DNA from: Gnetum montanum
Taxonomy: Eukaryota > Plantae > Gnetophyta
Reading direction: 5' to 3'
Length of the DNA stretch: 64,000 bases
Assembly: GCA_015680685.1 (NCBI GenBank)
Contig: MNCI01003306.1
Location: 924,756 to 988,755, forward strand
Below are positions 12,000-23,801 of the stretch, in pieces. Below the pieces are notes generated by a model, which did no database searches, was not told the DNA's origin, and saw only the letters and a list, made by a program, of their open reading frames with translations. The number at the start of each line of letters is the position of its first letter. Position 1 is the first letter of the stretch. The position numbers and the translations under genes were made by a program.

Positions 12000-14900
12000 G
12001 ATCAAAGTATGAGTACCTATGAGCATATTAGTTTGTCTTGGTGTCTACATGGACCTCATGGTGATATTAAATAGTGTATTAACCTTGATTACCTACATCT
12101 TGAGCCTAAGAGTCTTGTAGACCACATAGCCTCAATAGAGTAACCTCTAGAATGGCCTAAAAACCTAGTCAAAACACTTAACTTAGTAGGAGACATAATC
12201 AAAGACTCTCTAGTTGAGGTCCCTACACAACACATAGTGGTAAGAAGAAAACCCTTAAACTAAGTTCCTCACTAGAGCCTCAATGTACCCAAGACATCAT
12301 GTTGGATCCTATCATTAGACTAGTTAAGCAAAAAGTGTGCAAGATTAGACCTAATTTGGCCTTGATAATTTGTGATGAAATCTCAAAGCTCTACCAAGCA
12401 AGTTTCATTAGGGTTGTCAATTATGTAGAATGGGTATCCAACATAGTGGTAGTCCCTAAGAAAAATGCAAGTATTTGTGTTTGCATTGATTTTTGAGACC
12501 TAAATAAAGCAACTATCAAGGATGACTTCCCTTTGCCTAGTATTGATCAACCTATTGATACTACAACTGAACATGCCTTATTGTCCTTTATGGATGGATT
12601 CTTGGGATATAACCAAATTAGGATCAACCTAAAACACCAACTTAGCATGACCTTTATGATTCCATGGGGTAATTTTTGTTATACCATGATTCCCTTTAAT
12701 CTTAAGAACACCAGAGTGACATACCAAAGAGCCATGACCTATACCTTTGGTGATTACATGTTAGGTTTGCTTAATGATTACATAGATGACATAGCCATGA
12801 AGTCTAAGATAGCTGATGATCATGCTAATGACCTAGAAATTGTGCTTAAAAAATTTCTTAAATAAAATCTTAAGCTTAATCTTAAGAAGTGTGTTTTCGG
12901 TGTCAAGACCTGTAAGATGCTTGGCTTTATAGTCTCTAAAGCAGGAATACACGTAGATCCTGATAAGGTTAAGGCCATGTCCAAATTAGCAACACCTAGC
13001 AACCTTAAAGAGCTTTAGGGATTACAAGGAAAATTACAATTTATTCATAGGTTTATTGTTAGGCTTACGGATAAGTCATAACCCATGCAACACTTGCTTA
13101 AGAAAGGAGTTCACTATGAGTGGATGACTTAATGCCAAGCGGCCTTTGAAAACCTTAAGCAAGAATTAACACAACTACTAAAAGTTTATCCTTAATAAGA
13201 GGGTAAACCATTTTACATTTATATTACCATCTCTGATACATTCATTTCCTCTTTACTCTATCAAAAACATGATGACAAAGTAGAAATGTGTGTATACTAC
13301 CTTAACCACACATTAGTTGCCCACGAAACCCGATACACTAAAGTGCTACTGCCATCATAACTTGGTTAACTATGTCTAGGAATTAAATGTCTAGCCATCA
13401 AAGATGAACTGAAGTCTATGCATGTAAAGCTAAGAACTTATAGCCTTACTGTGACCTAAGGAAGCAATTATTACAACAATTCATAGATGTTGATGTCTAG
13501 CACATACCTAGAAATGAAAATGTCATAGCTAATGCAATTGCAACATTAGCCCTTAGTGTGATGCCAAATGTGTTTAGCAAGTTACCCACCTTAATCATGG
13601 ACTATGTTACTCCCATCACACAGAACACTGAGGATACCTTTGTGATCATCGTTCATACTGCTCCTCCTAAGGAGTGGTATGATGATATCAAACTTTACCT
13701 TATGCATGGTGAATCCTCAAAAGGCTTGACTACTACTAAGAAGGACATCATACATAAGTAGGTGAAGCAGTATGTCATTATAGTTGATAACACATTATGT
13801 CGATAATCTTTTGATGGCATACTCCTAAAGTGCATAGGTAAAACTGAAGCTAGAATAGTCCTAGAGGAGGTTCATGAGGGAGTTTGTGGAGGGCATATAG
13901 AACCTAGAGCCATGGCCACTAATATTAGATGATTAGGCTACTATCGGCCCCATAGGTACATGGGAATCCAAAATAATAGGCAAAGGATTGGATCTCACTA
14001 GATGGAAATGTTACGATGGCAATAGCACTAGCCCCATGGGTGGTTAGGAATTAAATGCCTAGCCATCAAAGATGAACTAAAGTCTATGCATGAAAAGCTA
14101 AGCACTTACAGCCTTATTGTGACCTAGGGAAGAAATTATTACAACAATTCATAGATTTTGATGTCTAGAACATACCTAGAAATGAAAATTCCATAGCTAA
14201 TGAAATTGCAACATTAGCCCTTAGTGTGATGCCAAATGTGTTTAGCAAGTTACCCACCTTAATCATGGACTATGTTACTCCCATCACACAGAACACTGAG
14301 GATACCTTTGTGATCATCGTTCATAATTCTCCTAAGGAGTTGTATGATGATATCAAGCTTTACCTTATGCATGGTGAATCCTCACAAGGCTTGACTACTA
14401 CTAAGAAGGACATAATACATAAGTAGGTGAAGCAATATGTCATTGTAGTTGATAACACATTATGTCGATAATCTTATGATGGCATACTCCTAAAGTGCTT
14501 AGGTAAAAATGAAGCTAGAATAGTCCTAGAGGAGGTTCATGAGGGTGTTTGTGGAGGGCATATAGAACCTAGAGCCATGGCCACTAATATTAGATGATTA
14601 GGCTACTATCGGCCCCATATGGAAAATGACTACCTACAAAAGGTTAAGAAATGTAACACATACCAACAATATAGAAACCTGATACATGTATCATCAACTA
14701 AGTTACATACAACCTAGATAACATGGTCATTTCAAAAATGGGGGTTGGATATCATTAGATCTATAATTCCTAAGTCCTCTGTAAGACATAGCTTCTTCAT
14801 CACCGCAACTGAATATTTTACCAAGTGGGTTGAGATGCATACCCATGACCATAGTTACAAATAATAGACTTCAATTTAGTAGCCAAGAAACCAAGGATTT

Positions 14901-15510
14901 CTGTCACAACCAGAGCATTAAGTAATCTTTCTTGTCACCTTACTACCCTCAAGCCAATGGACAAGTAGAAGCAAGCAACAAGGCCACCATCAACTTGCTC
15001 AAGAAGATGCTCAACAATAGCAAATGCAAGTGGCATGAGCATCTTGTTCATACACTATGGTCATATAGAACAACCTATTGCACAACAACTATCTTGAACC
15101 CTTATAGCCTTGTTTATGATTCTAAAATTATTTTACCTCTTGAATTACAGGTGCCATCACTCCGAGTAGCCTTGAATAACTTCTTTAATGATAAGCAGAA
15201 TAAGGAGTTACAAATGGTAGCCCTAGATTCAATGGAGGAGCAGCATATGCAAGTGCTTGCTCACATCAAGCACTATCAAGAGAAGCAAAAGTGAAAACAT
15301 CACCATAACTTGACCATGTGCAAGATCAAGGTGGAGGACCTAGTCCTCAAGGTCATCCATGAGCATGCAGACAAATTCTTAGCTAACTGGGAAGGGCCCT
15401 TCCTTGTCACCAAATCCTATAGGAACAGAGCATTCAAAATAGCTAACATGAATGAAAATGAACTAGCCAATCTAGTCAATCATTCCTATCTAAAGTCACA
15501 CTACATGTAG
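12000..15510 (+). pseudogene. pol: Element A RT-RNaseH-aRH-integrase (decayed, internal deletions and a duplication)
   Basis: WVSNIVVVPKK, CIDF, DGFLGYNQI, YIDD, HEGVCGGH, WGLDII, TEYFTKW, YYPQANGQVEASNK, WEGPF. Begins in frame after the acceptor tgcag| at 11999. Confidence 0.92.
13363..14617 (+). repeat. ~580-bp direct duplication of the aRH/integrase N-terminus with an inverted aRH fragment in between
   Basis: ORFs 13558 and 14226 are near-identical. 13956-14035 is the reverse complement of aRH N-terminal sequence (ASAIAIVTFPSSEIQSFAYYFGFPCT). Confidence 0.85.
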
Positions 15511-15762
15511 TCGATAGATCATGGATAAGCGAGCTTACTTTCAAATAGTCTACTACAACCTCAAACTAGTAACACAACTTGCTAGGGCCTTAAACTGGTA
15601 CCATGGGCTACCACAACCTTAAACTTGCAACCTTGGTGGCCTAGATAACCTAATTCTCATATGACCTATATGCATTGTAGCATTATAATATGTAGTGGTG
15701 TCTTGTATTCTTTGTCAATTCTTCTCGAGTCAATCCTCTAGGCATCAACAAAGTGAGACCAT

Positions 15763-17122
15763 TGAAACAACACAAAAATTTGCATATTATAGCCAATCTT
15801 CATCATTTAGCTTTCACCCCATGAAACATGAGACAAAGCTTCATTGTAAATGCAANAGGCTATACATTTTTCTACGTTGGAAATACATGCAAGGGTAGAT
15901 CTCACCTACCCTAAATGTGGAAGGGTGGGGGTTTTGGAAACTTTCCTCCTTAAAAATGGAGATGACATTCATAGCCTAGAAACCTTTCCCCTTAGTGTGG
16001 AAGTTTCCCCCCAACATGGAATCTTCATCCTTGGCATGAAAAATTACATTGCCCAGTGTGAAAGCCACAAAAGCCAAAATTCATCACTTCATGCACTTCA
16101 ACATTGACCAACCACTTTAGCAAGCATAGTGAAGAGCTCAGTGTAGGAGATTCATCTCCAATGTAGAAGGTGTGCCCTAGTTACTATTTATAATAAATGG
16201 AATGGCCATGGGTGGAAGCACTTACTATGTATGGTAACCCCCCAAATTTGGACATCCATCTCACCTAAATTTGACAGCCAATTTGTAGCCATCTTTGTAA
16301 CCAAATCATGGCCATTTTGTAGCCCCATTCATGGCCCAAAAAGCATATAAAAATCAACCTCCAACACCATTTACAAGTTTAGCAATTTTTTTCAAGATTT
16401 TGAAATTTCGAGTAAGTTCAGTGTTATCAAGCAATTTTTGGCATACACACAAAATTATTCATAATTCCACACTTGGAGCATTCTAAGGCACTCAAGAGCT
16501 CTTTCAAGTTTCCATACTTGCATTCTCTTGAACCCCAGTGTGGAAGACTTATAGCCTTGAGATTTGTGGATTTTGGTTGTTAACACTGCACTTCTGGGAT
16601 TTCCAAACCCCAGCGTGGAGTAATCTTGCATCTAGATTTTCCACTTTTCTCACCCCCGGTAGTGACCCAACTAGCATATCTAAGGTTGCAGTAGTTTATG
16701 CAGGTTTGATAGCATCAAAAATGGCTTAGTACTTAAATCATGGAGCAGATCCCATTGACTTCAATGGGCTGAACTCCTACACTAGTGGACCCCCTTTGAT
16801 ACCCACTCAGGCACCATTTATACACATTTCTTGAAACTTATTCTTTATTTTCATTGTCAATAAAGTTTTAAGTTTTGGGTTTGGTATATGAAATATATTT
16901 ATTTATCATCTGTGCATTATTTTAAATCTACTATCAATTTTGCATTTTGTTTCCTTTTATTTCCATGTTTTGCATTTCATAAGTCCCTAGTTGATTTTCC
17001 AGACTAGCAAGGATACCTCAAATCCCATTTTTTCTCATGAAGGCCCTAGGGATTCGAGGTTCAGGAACTATTACACCAAGGATCCTTGGTTTTTCCAACA
17101 ACCAAAGTTTTCAGTCACAACA
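15763..17122 (+). repeat. 3' LTR of element A (~1.36 kb)
   Basis: Starts TGAAACAACAC right after the conserved pre-LTR motif. Ends ttttcagtcacaaCA, like C (ttttcagtcattaCA). TATA-like cATATAAAA near 16345. Confidence 0.75.
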
Positions 17123-17129
17123 ATCCTAA

Positions 17130-17560
17130 TTTTGAGTACTTCTTAAGAACAAAAAGATTTCCTTGGTAAACTAGTAGAACTCACCCTCGGTCTATTTGTA
17201 TTCTACTAAGACATATCATTTCTTGAAGACCATAAGAAACTTATTACAAGAAACATCAATCTTCTTCTAGTCCTTTACTTTCTTTTCAGTCTTTCACCAT
17301 TGTCCTACTAAATCTTTCAATTCATACCTTGTTGCTTGTCTGGTCTATTGTGCAGCCATGTATCCCATTAATTTGAGCACATTCTTTTCTTTGTTAATAT
17401 ACTCAATGACTATTGTTAGGTCCTTAAAACCAATAAAGGAGGATGGCCCAAGCTTACAAAACTATTCCATAAGCTTCCTACTAATCAACTATCTATTACC
17501 CCTTGCTTCACTTTTCATAGTAGAGGAAGTCACTAGAGTTTTCTTTATTTATTATTTTAG
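17130..17560 (-). pseudogene. gag: Gag N-terminal fragment of an older Gypsy element E (Tekay/Del-like)
   Basis: Minus-strand translation FCKLGPSSFIG.KD....EYI....V.KLMG....A.RYELKD.VGQW resembles the chromoviral Gag F.RL.PP.F.G..DP motif. Degenerate Met PBS (tggtattagatag) at about 17783-17795, next to an LTR end at about 17799. Confidence 0.55.
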
Positions 17561-17798
17561 AAAATTCAACAAGTACTTGTTAATATCTTCATGGTTGGCA
17601 CCTATACTTATTGCTAGAGCCAAAATACGAGGACCTTGAATGTGCATATTAACACTTGTAGTATCATTTAAAATCTGTAATGGATTCATATTCAAACCCC
17701 TATGTGTAGGATTCTTATGCATCCTATCACCTACTATCTCCACACTATAAATCATAAGTCATTTGGCATTAATGGAAACCTACTATCTAATACCAACT

Positions 17799-18324
17799 TA
17801 TAACACTCTTGTAACCAAGCTAGGCTAGAGAGATATTATGTAAGGAATTGACGTTAAATGGTGGGTTACACATGAAATATGAGTAGTGAAACCATGTAAT
17901 ATACACACAAAATTTCATACATGATAATAAATAATTAAACATGCAATAAATATAAATACTAAAAAAATAAAATCTCTAATCTATCTCATAACATCACTAA
18001 AGAATAATCAAGAGCATAATTAGAAATCCCATATATCATCCATAAGGTCAAAAATGTATATTATCCAATACAAAGGGAACAATGTCATAAAAACCTATCA
18101 ATTTAACATGCATAGAACTCCATCCATCAGGCCTATCCCATATATGTCAATGAGCTATCTTATGTAGCATCATCACCTAGATGGAAATAAGAAATCAATA
18201 TACATTGAGTAGAATCTTTTAATACCTTAACCATTCAACTTGTAGGTAAGAACCATGGAATAAGAGTCTTGAACATGGATAAGAGACTTGCACACCACAT
18301 TGATATGCAAGTGTATACATATGT
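17799..18324 (-). repeat. Part of the 5' LTR of element E, interrupted by solo LTR F and continuing after 61239
   Basis: LTR-end-like gtgtta(t/c)a precedes the degenerate PBS on the minus strand. Interrupted at TSD TATGT. Confidence 0.45.
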
Positions 18325-19568
18325 TGTAATGCCTTGCGTTCTTGATCTCTTAGTCTATCTTTAACTTTCATTAATCTTTGGTTATCTTATGTTTTGTAGA
18401 GGATTTGATCTCATTATTGTGTGTTCCATTATATTTGTAAAACCTTTTAAATTATCTTTTAATTAACTTGCCTTGTATTATTATGGTCTTTCTTTTTGAA
18501 AATATTCCTCTTTTGAATTTTCATTTTTGTATCAATTAGCATATTTTGTTAATATTGTTTTATTGAGCTTTTGGATTTGGACATTACTAATTTCTTATGT
18601 TTTTTTTTTTTTTGTGCTAAGAATAGGTTGATGGAAGGTGGTACATGCTATGAATAGGAAGATGAGAATTTTGGAAAATATCATACTTACTTGCATAAAG
18701 ATTTCTTCTATTTCCTTTCCTATGTGAACTGGGTCTTTTCTATTATTTATCAAACTCTTGTTTGAACTTTTATATTTATCATGGATTTGATCCAAAAGAT
18801 AATTCATTATAACTCATTATTGCTATATTGTCTACAAATATGTGATCTTGTATTTAACTGAGTTTTATCTCTCACACAACAATTGCATTTACTCATTGAT
18901 TATTTCTTCCTTTCTTATGGTGATCTAATCTCTTGGCATTCAACTTCATGTGTTGCAAATGAACTTTATTGTCATTCAACTTCTAAAGGTAGAGTAAATA
19001 GTCTAGGCTTTATTTTTCTATACCTTTTCAACGATCTAATTATTGTTTCATTATTACCAACTTTTTCATCCTTTTTTTCAAAGTTTTTAATGAATCTTAC
19101 CTTTTTGTTAATCTCTTGCAACCATTTCAACCTTTTTTCCAATTGAATGATATGTCTTGAAGGTTAAGGAACCATCCTTACCAAAGTAGTGAGAGTTGCA
19201 AAAAGATGTCTTTATGGCTGAGAAGATGTCTACCAGGTAGGATAAGACATCTATTTATGTGTATGGTTTCTCCATGAATAATGGTACCTTTGGCATCCCT
19301 AGGATGATCTTGTAGTCTTACTAGAGACATCAATCCTATACTATATACGTAATGCAGTAGACATCTACTTCTAAGCCAAGACGTCTATCTTGCCAAGGCT
19401 ATTAGGAAAGCCATTCAAACTGAAGTTCAAGGCCTCATTATGTGCTTAAATAGGATCCCTTTGACCCTGTAACACCTTCAACTCATCAAAACACATCCAA
19501 ATACAACCAAAATCAGGTAAAATATACCATTTTGTTGTCAACTTGTGGCTACTATTTTCTTGTCTATT

Positions 19569-19778
19569 TCACCCTGCACTAGAAGAGTCGAGAAGCCTTG
19601 TCTTCTCCTATAAATAAAGTATTGTGTGATCATTAGAGGCATCTAAAGAAGATAGATCAAAAGTAACGCTCCTTTCTCCTTCTAAGCATTCCTTCTTTGA
19701 AGCATTCATGAGGCTTTCTATTGTAATTTCTCCTATTTTGAGTAATAAAAGAAGTGTTCTTTCTGCTCATATTTAAGT
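19569..19778 (+). repeat. 5' copy of the viral terminal direct repeat (TATAAATA 19609-19616, AATAAA 19744-19749)
   Basis: Aligns to 50458-50670 with roughly 27 substitutions and one small indel by hand count. Confidence 0.9.
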
Positions 19779-19829
19779 TTTCTAAGTAACGTAAGGAAGA
19801 GAGTAAACATTTTTTATCCAAGTAGAGAG

Positions 19830-19847
19830 TGGTATCAGAGCCAAGTT
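19830..19847 (+). promoter_or_regulatory. Primer-binding site for initiator tRNA-Met (viral minus-strand priming)
   Basis: TGGTATCAGAGCCAAGTT versus the canonical TGGTATCAGAGCCAGGTT. Confidence 0.92.
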
Positions 19848-19958
19848 ACTCATAGATTTTCCATCCCTTTATGTGATTTTGTTGATCACTGAGGCATTAG
19901 GGAAGTAAGACACACAGTAAGGTTGAAGGATTGGTGAAGTAAGATGTGTATCTGAAGC

Positions 19959-20958
19959 ATGGCAACAACTACATCCTCACCAACCACAATGGCATCGTCA
20001 TCTTGCAACATCTCAAGTTCCTCTTCCTCTTGCTCTTATGTTACTCATTTATCTTACTACTGTAGCAATAAACAAGGCATCAATCTTCCACCCCTTCCTA
20101 CTCAACAAGACATTTTTCTGCTTAGTAGCATCAATTTTTCTAAAAGCTTTAGTAGTATGCACCTCTCTAAATGTGATTTAGAGATTACTAGCTCTAGTCT
20201 ACATCCAATTGTCCTAATCTTTTTCTCCCTGGAGGAGGTAGAGGAATGGATTAGATATGGGTATAATTACATCCATATTACCTAGATTGATATCCATATT
20301 TATCCTCATTTTAAGTATCATCTAAAAAACCCATACTAGATAGCCCTAATAGATTGACACTTCAAGAACTTTGAAGATGCAATAATCACACAAGCCACAG
20401 GTCAACTAGAAAAAGATGTGTTAGTAGTAACCCTACCCAACTTTACTCTCTATCTACATGACCCTAATTTATATAACAGTATAATGTTAATTACTTATAT
20501 TCCCTTAGATATGGTTCAAGATAGTGTTTATGCTACCATAGGTACTAGGTTAATTTTTAAGGTATTTGAAACCATGAGTATTAAAACTTTAATTCCCTTT
20601 GGACAACAAGCCCTACAAGTAGGCTTGACAAATATCAAATATGATGTTCAAATAAATAATGAAGATTTTCCCATACATAAGATGTATCCAGATCTAGATA
20701 ATGTACAAGAAGAATTTTATGGTTATATAAGGCCTAGGAAATCAAAATATAATAAACTTAGATATCAGGTCTAGTTGGCAATCCCCAAGTTTACAAAGTA
20801 TGACCCTCTCTATGAAGAGCATTACAAAAGAAAACCTAAGCTGAAGAAAATCCTTCCCCTTGTAAAAAAATCCACTAGATCTCATCCCAAGAACATCTAC
20901 TACCTCTATTCGAATCCTAGTAGAAGACGAAGAATTAAACATAAAAAAGAAAATTAAG
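19959..20958 (+). pseudogene. Caulimovirid 30K-superfamily movement protein (start of the polyprotein)
   Basis: One frame with TAG/TGA stops attributable to CAG/CGA decay: GYNYIHIT*IDIHIYPHF..IALID*HFKNFEDAII..L..VLVVTLPNFTLYLHDPNL. Confidence 0.88.
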
Positions 20959-23259
20959 TGAAACACCATCAATTTTGGGACTTTCATGATTCATCACAAT
21001 CCCAAAATTTGGACAAGGATCTCTGCAAGCTCGGTGTCATGCTAGACCGTGTAGACAACATGGCACCTTGGAAGTCCTAACACCTACGAAGCCACTTCTG
21101 GGCCTACCTACCACCCTTTGTAGAATAGTTGACACAGCACCCAGTCATGAGGCCAGTTTGCATGAATGAAGCACTAACAATGGATCATATAGTTTGGCAA
21201 GTTTTCTAACTGTGGGACCTGCTACGCTGCATAGCATAGCAGGCCACATGGTAACTGAAACCTTCTAAAGTGTCGAATCAAGTGTCAAAGATGTAGTTGG
21301 CAATGATTTATTCCTCAAGGATATCTACCCTACTTCATCCTTGGAATATGATTAGCGTAACATGGAAAAAAATATGTCAAATGTTGCAAAATGCATCCCA
21401 TTTTGGGCACCATGCTATGCTACACTACACAGCGTAGCACAATGCCAATCGTAACACAATCTTTCTTGAAGTTGTGTTGATAGAGAAAATGCACTTGACC
21501 ATTCTTCAATCCTTAAGGATGCTTGCCTTACTCTACCCTTGAAGTGTGATTGATGTGACGTAGGTAAATTTTGCAAAAGCCACCCCAACTTGGGTGCTAC
21601 GCTGCACAGCGTAGCAGGATGCCAGCACTAAGAAAGTATTCTCTCATATTGCTTTGACAAAAGAACTACATTTAGCCATGCAATAACCTCTAGGACTAGG
21701 TCTGATCAAAGTCCCACTCCACCTTCAGAGTCTGATCAAAGTCTCTTAACAAAGCATTGCAAATTAAGCTCAAATTCATGTTAGACTAGGTGCTACGTTG
21801 TGCAACGTTGCATAGCGTAGCACAGCGTAGTGGAGACATTGAGGTTAAAAGTGTCCCAAGGATGAAACCAAGAAGTCTCAGGCTCCTTTAGCATGAAAAG
21901 TGTAAAGGATGGTTCCTAAAATAGCTTTCCTTCCTAGCCCTCGAAGCAGGATTTTCAGTTTTTAGGCAAGATTTGTCTCAAAGGTGGCCTCAAACAGCAT
22001 AGATAGTATAACACTTGAAAAGAAGTCTCAAGACATCTCCAGAAGCTCCAAGACTTGTCGTCAGTAGTCATTTTTGCCCCAGCATCTTCTTGATAGTCGA
22101 GATCAATAGTTTGCCTTGCTTGTTGCATCCTTTGTCGAGTCCCGAAATTGTCTCTACACTTGACCCTACTCATAAGAGAGGGGAAGACGTAGTCCCGAAG
22201 TGTAAGCTTCACTTTACATTTGTCATAAGCATTTTTTGTAAAAATATGGCATTCCCTTGGGTACATGTAGTTTGAATGATATGATCATAGCTAGGCAGGT
22301 TTAACTTGTAGCCTTTTTTCATTCAGCATAGCACATCAATGTAGCACCACACATTAGCATAGCACATCCACGTTGGTGCTCTATGGGACCTAGGACACAT
22401 GATATCCAAGCCATATATCTCTCCTGCTCTTGGTTCTATAAATACCCCAGCAAACAACATTCTAGTTGTTAGCTTTTAGCAGTTGGATTTTGGTAGTTGG
22501 CTTCTCGTAGTAAGCTTCAACGAAGAGATTGGCAAACAAAAGGTTGATAATAGCAAATCCCAACAGTAGCACTTCCAGATCTCTCTTCAACCCAGCGTAG
22601 CAGCTCTTAGCCCAATAAGCACCGGCTCATTAGTTCCTGTCAGCACCACATCTGCAGAAGTCTAGGAGCTATGATCATATCATTCCATTGCTAGCTGTAC
22701 ATGTCCAGTACTGCATACCAGTTGTACACATTCATCATCCAAACAAAGATCAGATCCCCTAATTTTGGGGTGATGCATTCCCTCACCTAAACTCTCATTC
22801 TATTTTTGCTATAACATATATGTTGCATCATTGTGTAATTGTTCATGCTTATTTTCCTGGTTACATACTTTGATGTGTTTCTATTGTTGTGCACCCCATG
22901 TTTTCTTTTAATTCAACCTCAACATGTTACATTTTAAAATTACTATTTTCATATGGTTATTGTACATCATGTAAGTCCTTGACTGATCGACTAGACCTTT
23001 CAGGGCATCCCATTTCCATTTTCTCTAGCATGGTTATGCATCTCACGTTTTCTTTTAATTCAACCTTAGCATGTTACACTTTAAAATTACTATTTGCATA
23101 CGGTTATTGTACACCACGTAAGTCCCTGACTGATCGACCAAACCATTCAGGGCATCCCATTTCCATTTTCTCTAACATGGCCCTCACACAGATCTAGGGT
23201 TAGGTTGTACACCCAATAACCTCTCAGTCTTCCAGCCACTAACATTTTTAGATGTCACA
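20959..23259 (+). repeat. 5' LTR of B (includes a ~146-bp internal tandem duplication near 22885-23180)
   Basis: Aligns with 38839-41032 (about 20 differences in the first ~160 bp). TATAAATA near 22437. Confidence 0.93.
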
Positions 23260-23264
23260 GTTTT

Positions 23265-23292
23265 TGGTGCTAGAATGAGGGCCTGAACCTCC
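23265..23292 (+). promoter_or_regulatory. PBS of B, complementary to the 3' end of plant tRNA-Asn
   Basis: TGGTGCTAGAATGAGGGCCTGAACCTCC versus TGGCGCTAGAAGGAGGGCTTGAACCTCC (tRNA-Asn sequence recalled, not searched). Confidence 0.7.
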
Positions 23293-23801
23293 ATGTATTT
23301 TTCATGTGTTACGGGTGATCCTGCATGCTATCTGTACGCCATTACCAGTAGCCTGCTGGAGTAGACATGACACCCCTGTGGTTGTCTATGCACTGGGTGG
23401 TGCAAATTGGTCACCACGATGGTTCCTCTGGAACCCTATAGGACAAACTAATGTGTTACACTACCTGTTTATTGTGTTATGCTGTCTACATTCTATATAG
23501 CGTAGTGACCCTATCAGTGTAGTAGTTCCTAAACTATATACTGTGTTATGCTACCTATCTACTGCATTACGTTGCCTATGTTCTCTGTAGTGTAGTGCCC
23601 TGTTGATGTAGCTATTTCTCTCAGCGTAGGAAGAGTAACAGTGAAGAAAACTAGCTTTTCAACATTTTCAGATGCTCCCAGTTTCAGTCTATTCTCTCTG
23701 TGGCTTTAGACCTTAACCGTTTAATGTAAAACATACTATTTTTAACTGTTTCTTACACATATCTCTCCCTTTTTTCTTTGCACCTTTTTCATATTGGAAA
23801 A

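Larger units (their letters stand above)
1..17122 (+). mobile_element. Element A: decayed Ty3/Gypsy Tat-like LTR retrotransposon, 5' end outside the window; gag-PR / antisense gene / RT-RH-aRH-INT / 3' LTR
   Basis: Gag HxxxxHxxxxC knuckle near 370-410, protease HVDDG near 1432, RT (FMDGFLGYNQI, YIDD), aRH and integrase remnants. Conserved pre-PPT motif ctctaggcatcaacaaag, then an LTR with TG...CA ends. Confidence 0.9.

Noticed and set aside
21955-22275. ORFs shared by both LTRs of B (also 39963-40433) and of C (52526, 60240)
   Set aside because: They are repeated only because they lie in LTRs. No recognisable domain, and the frames are not consistently open between copies.
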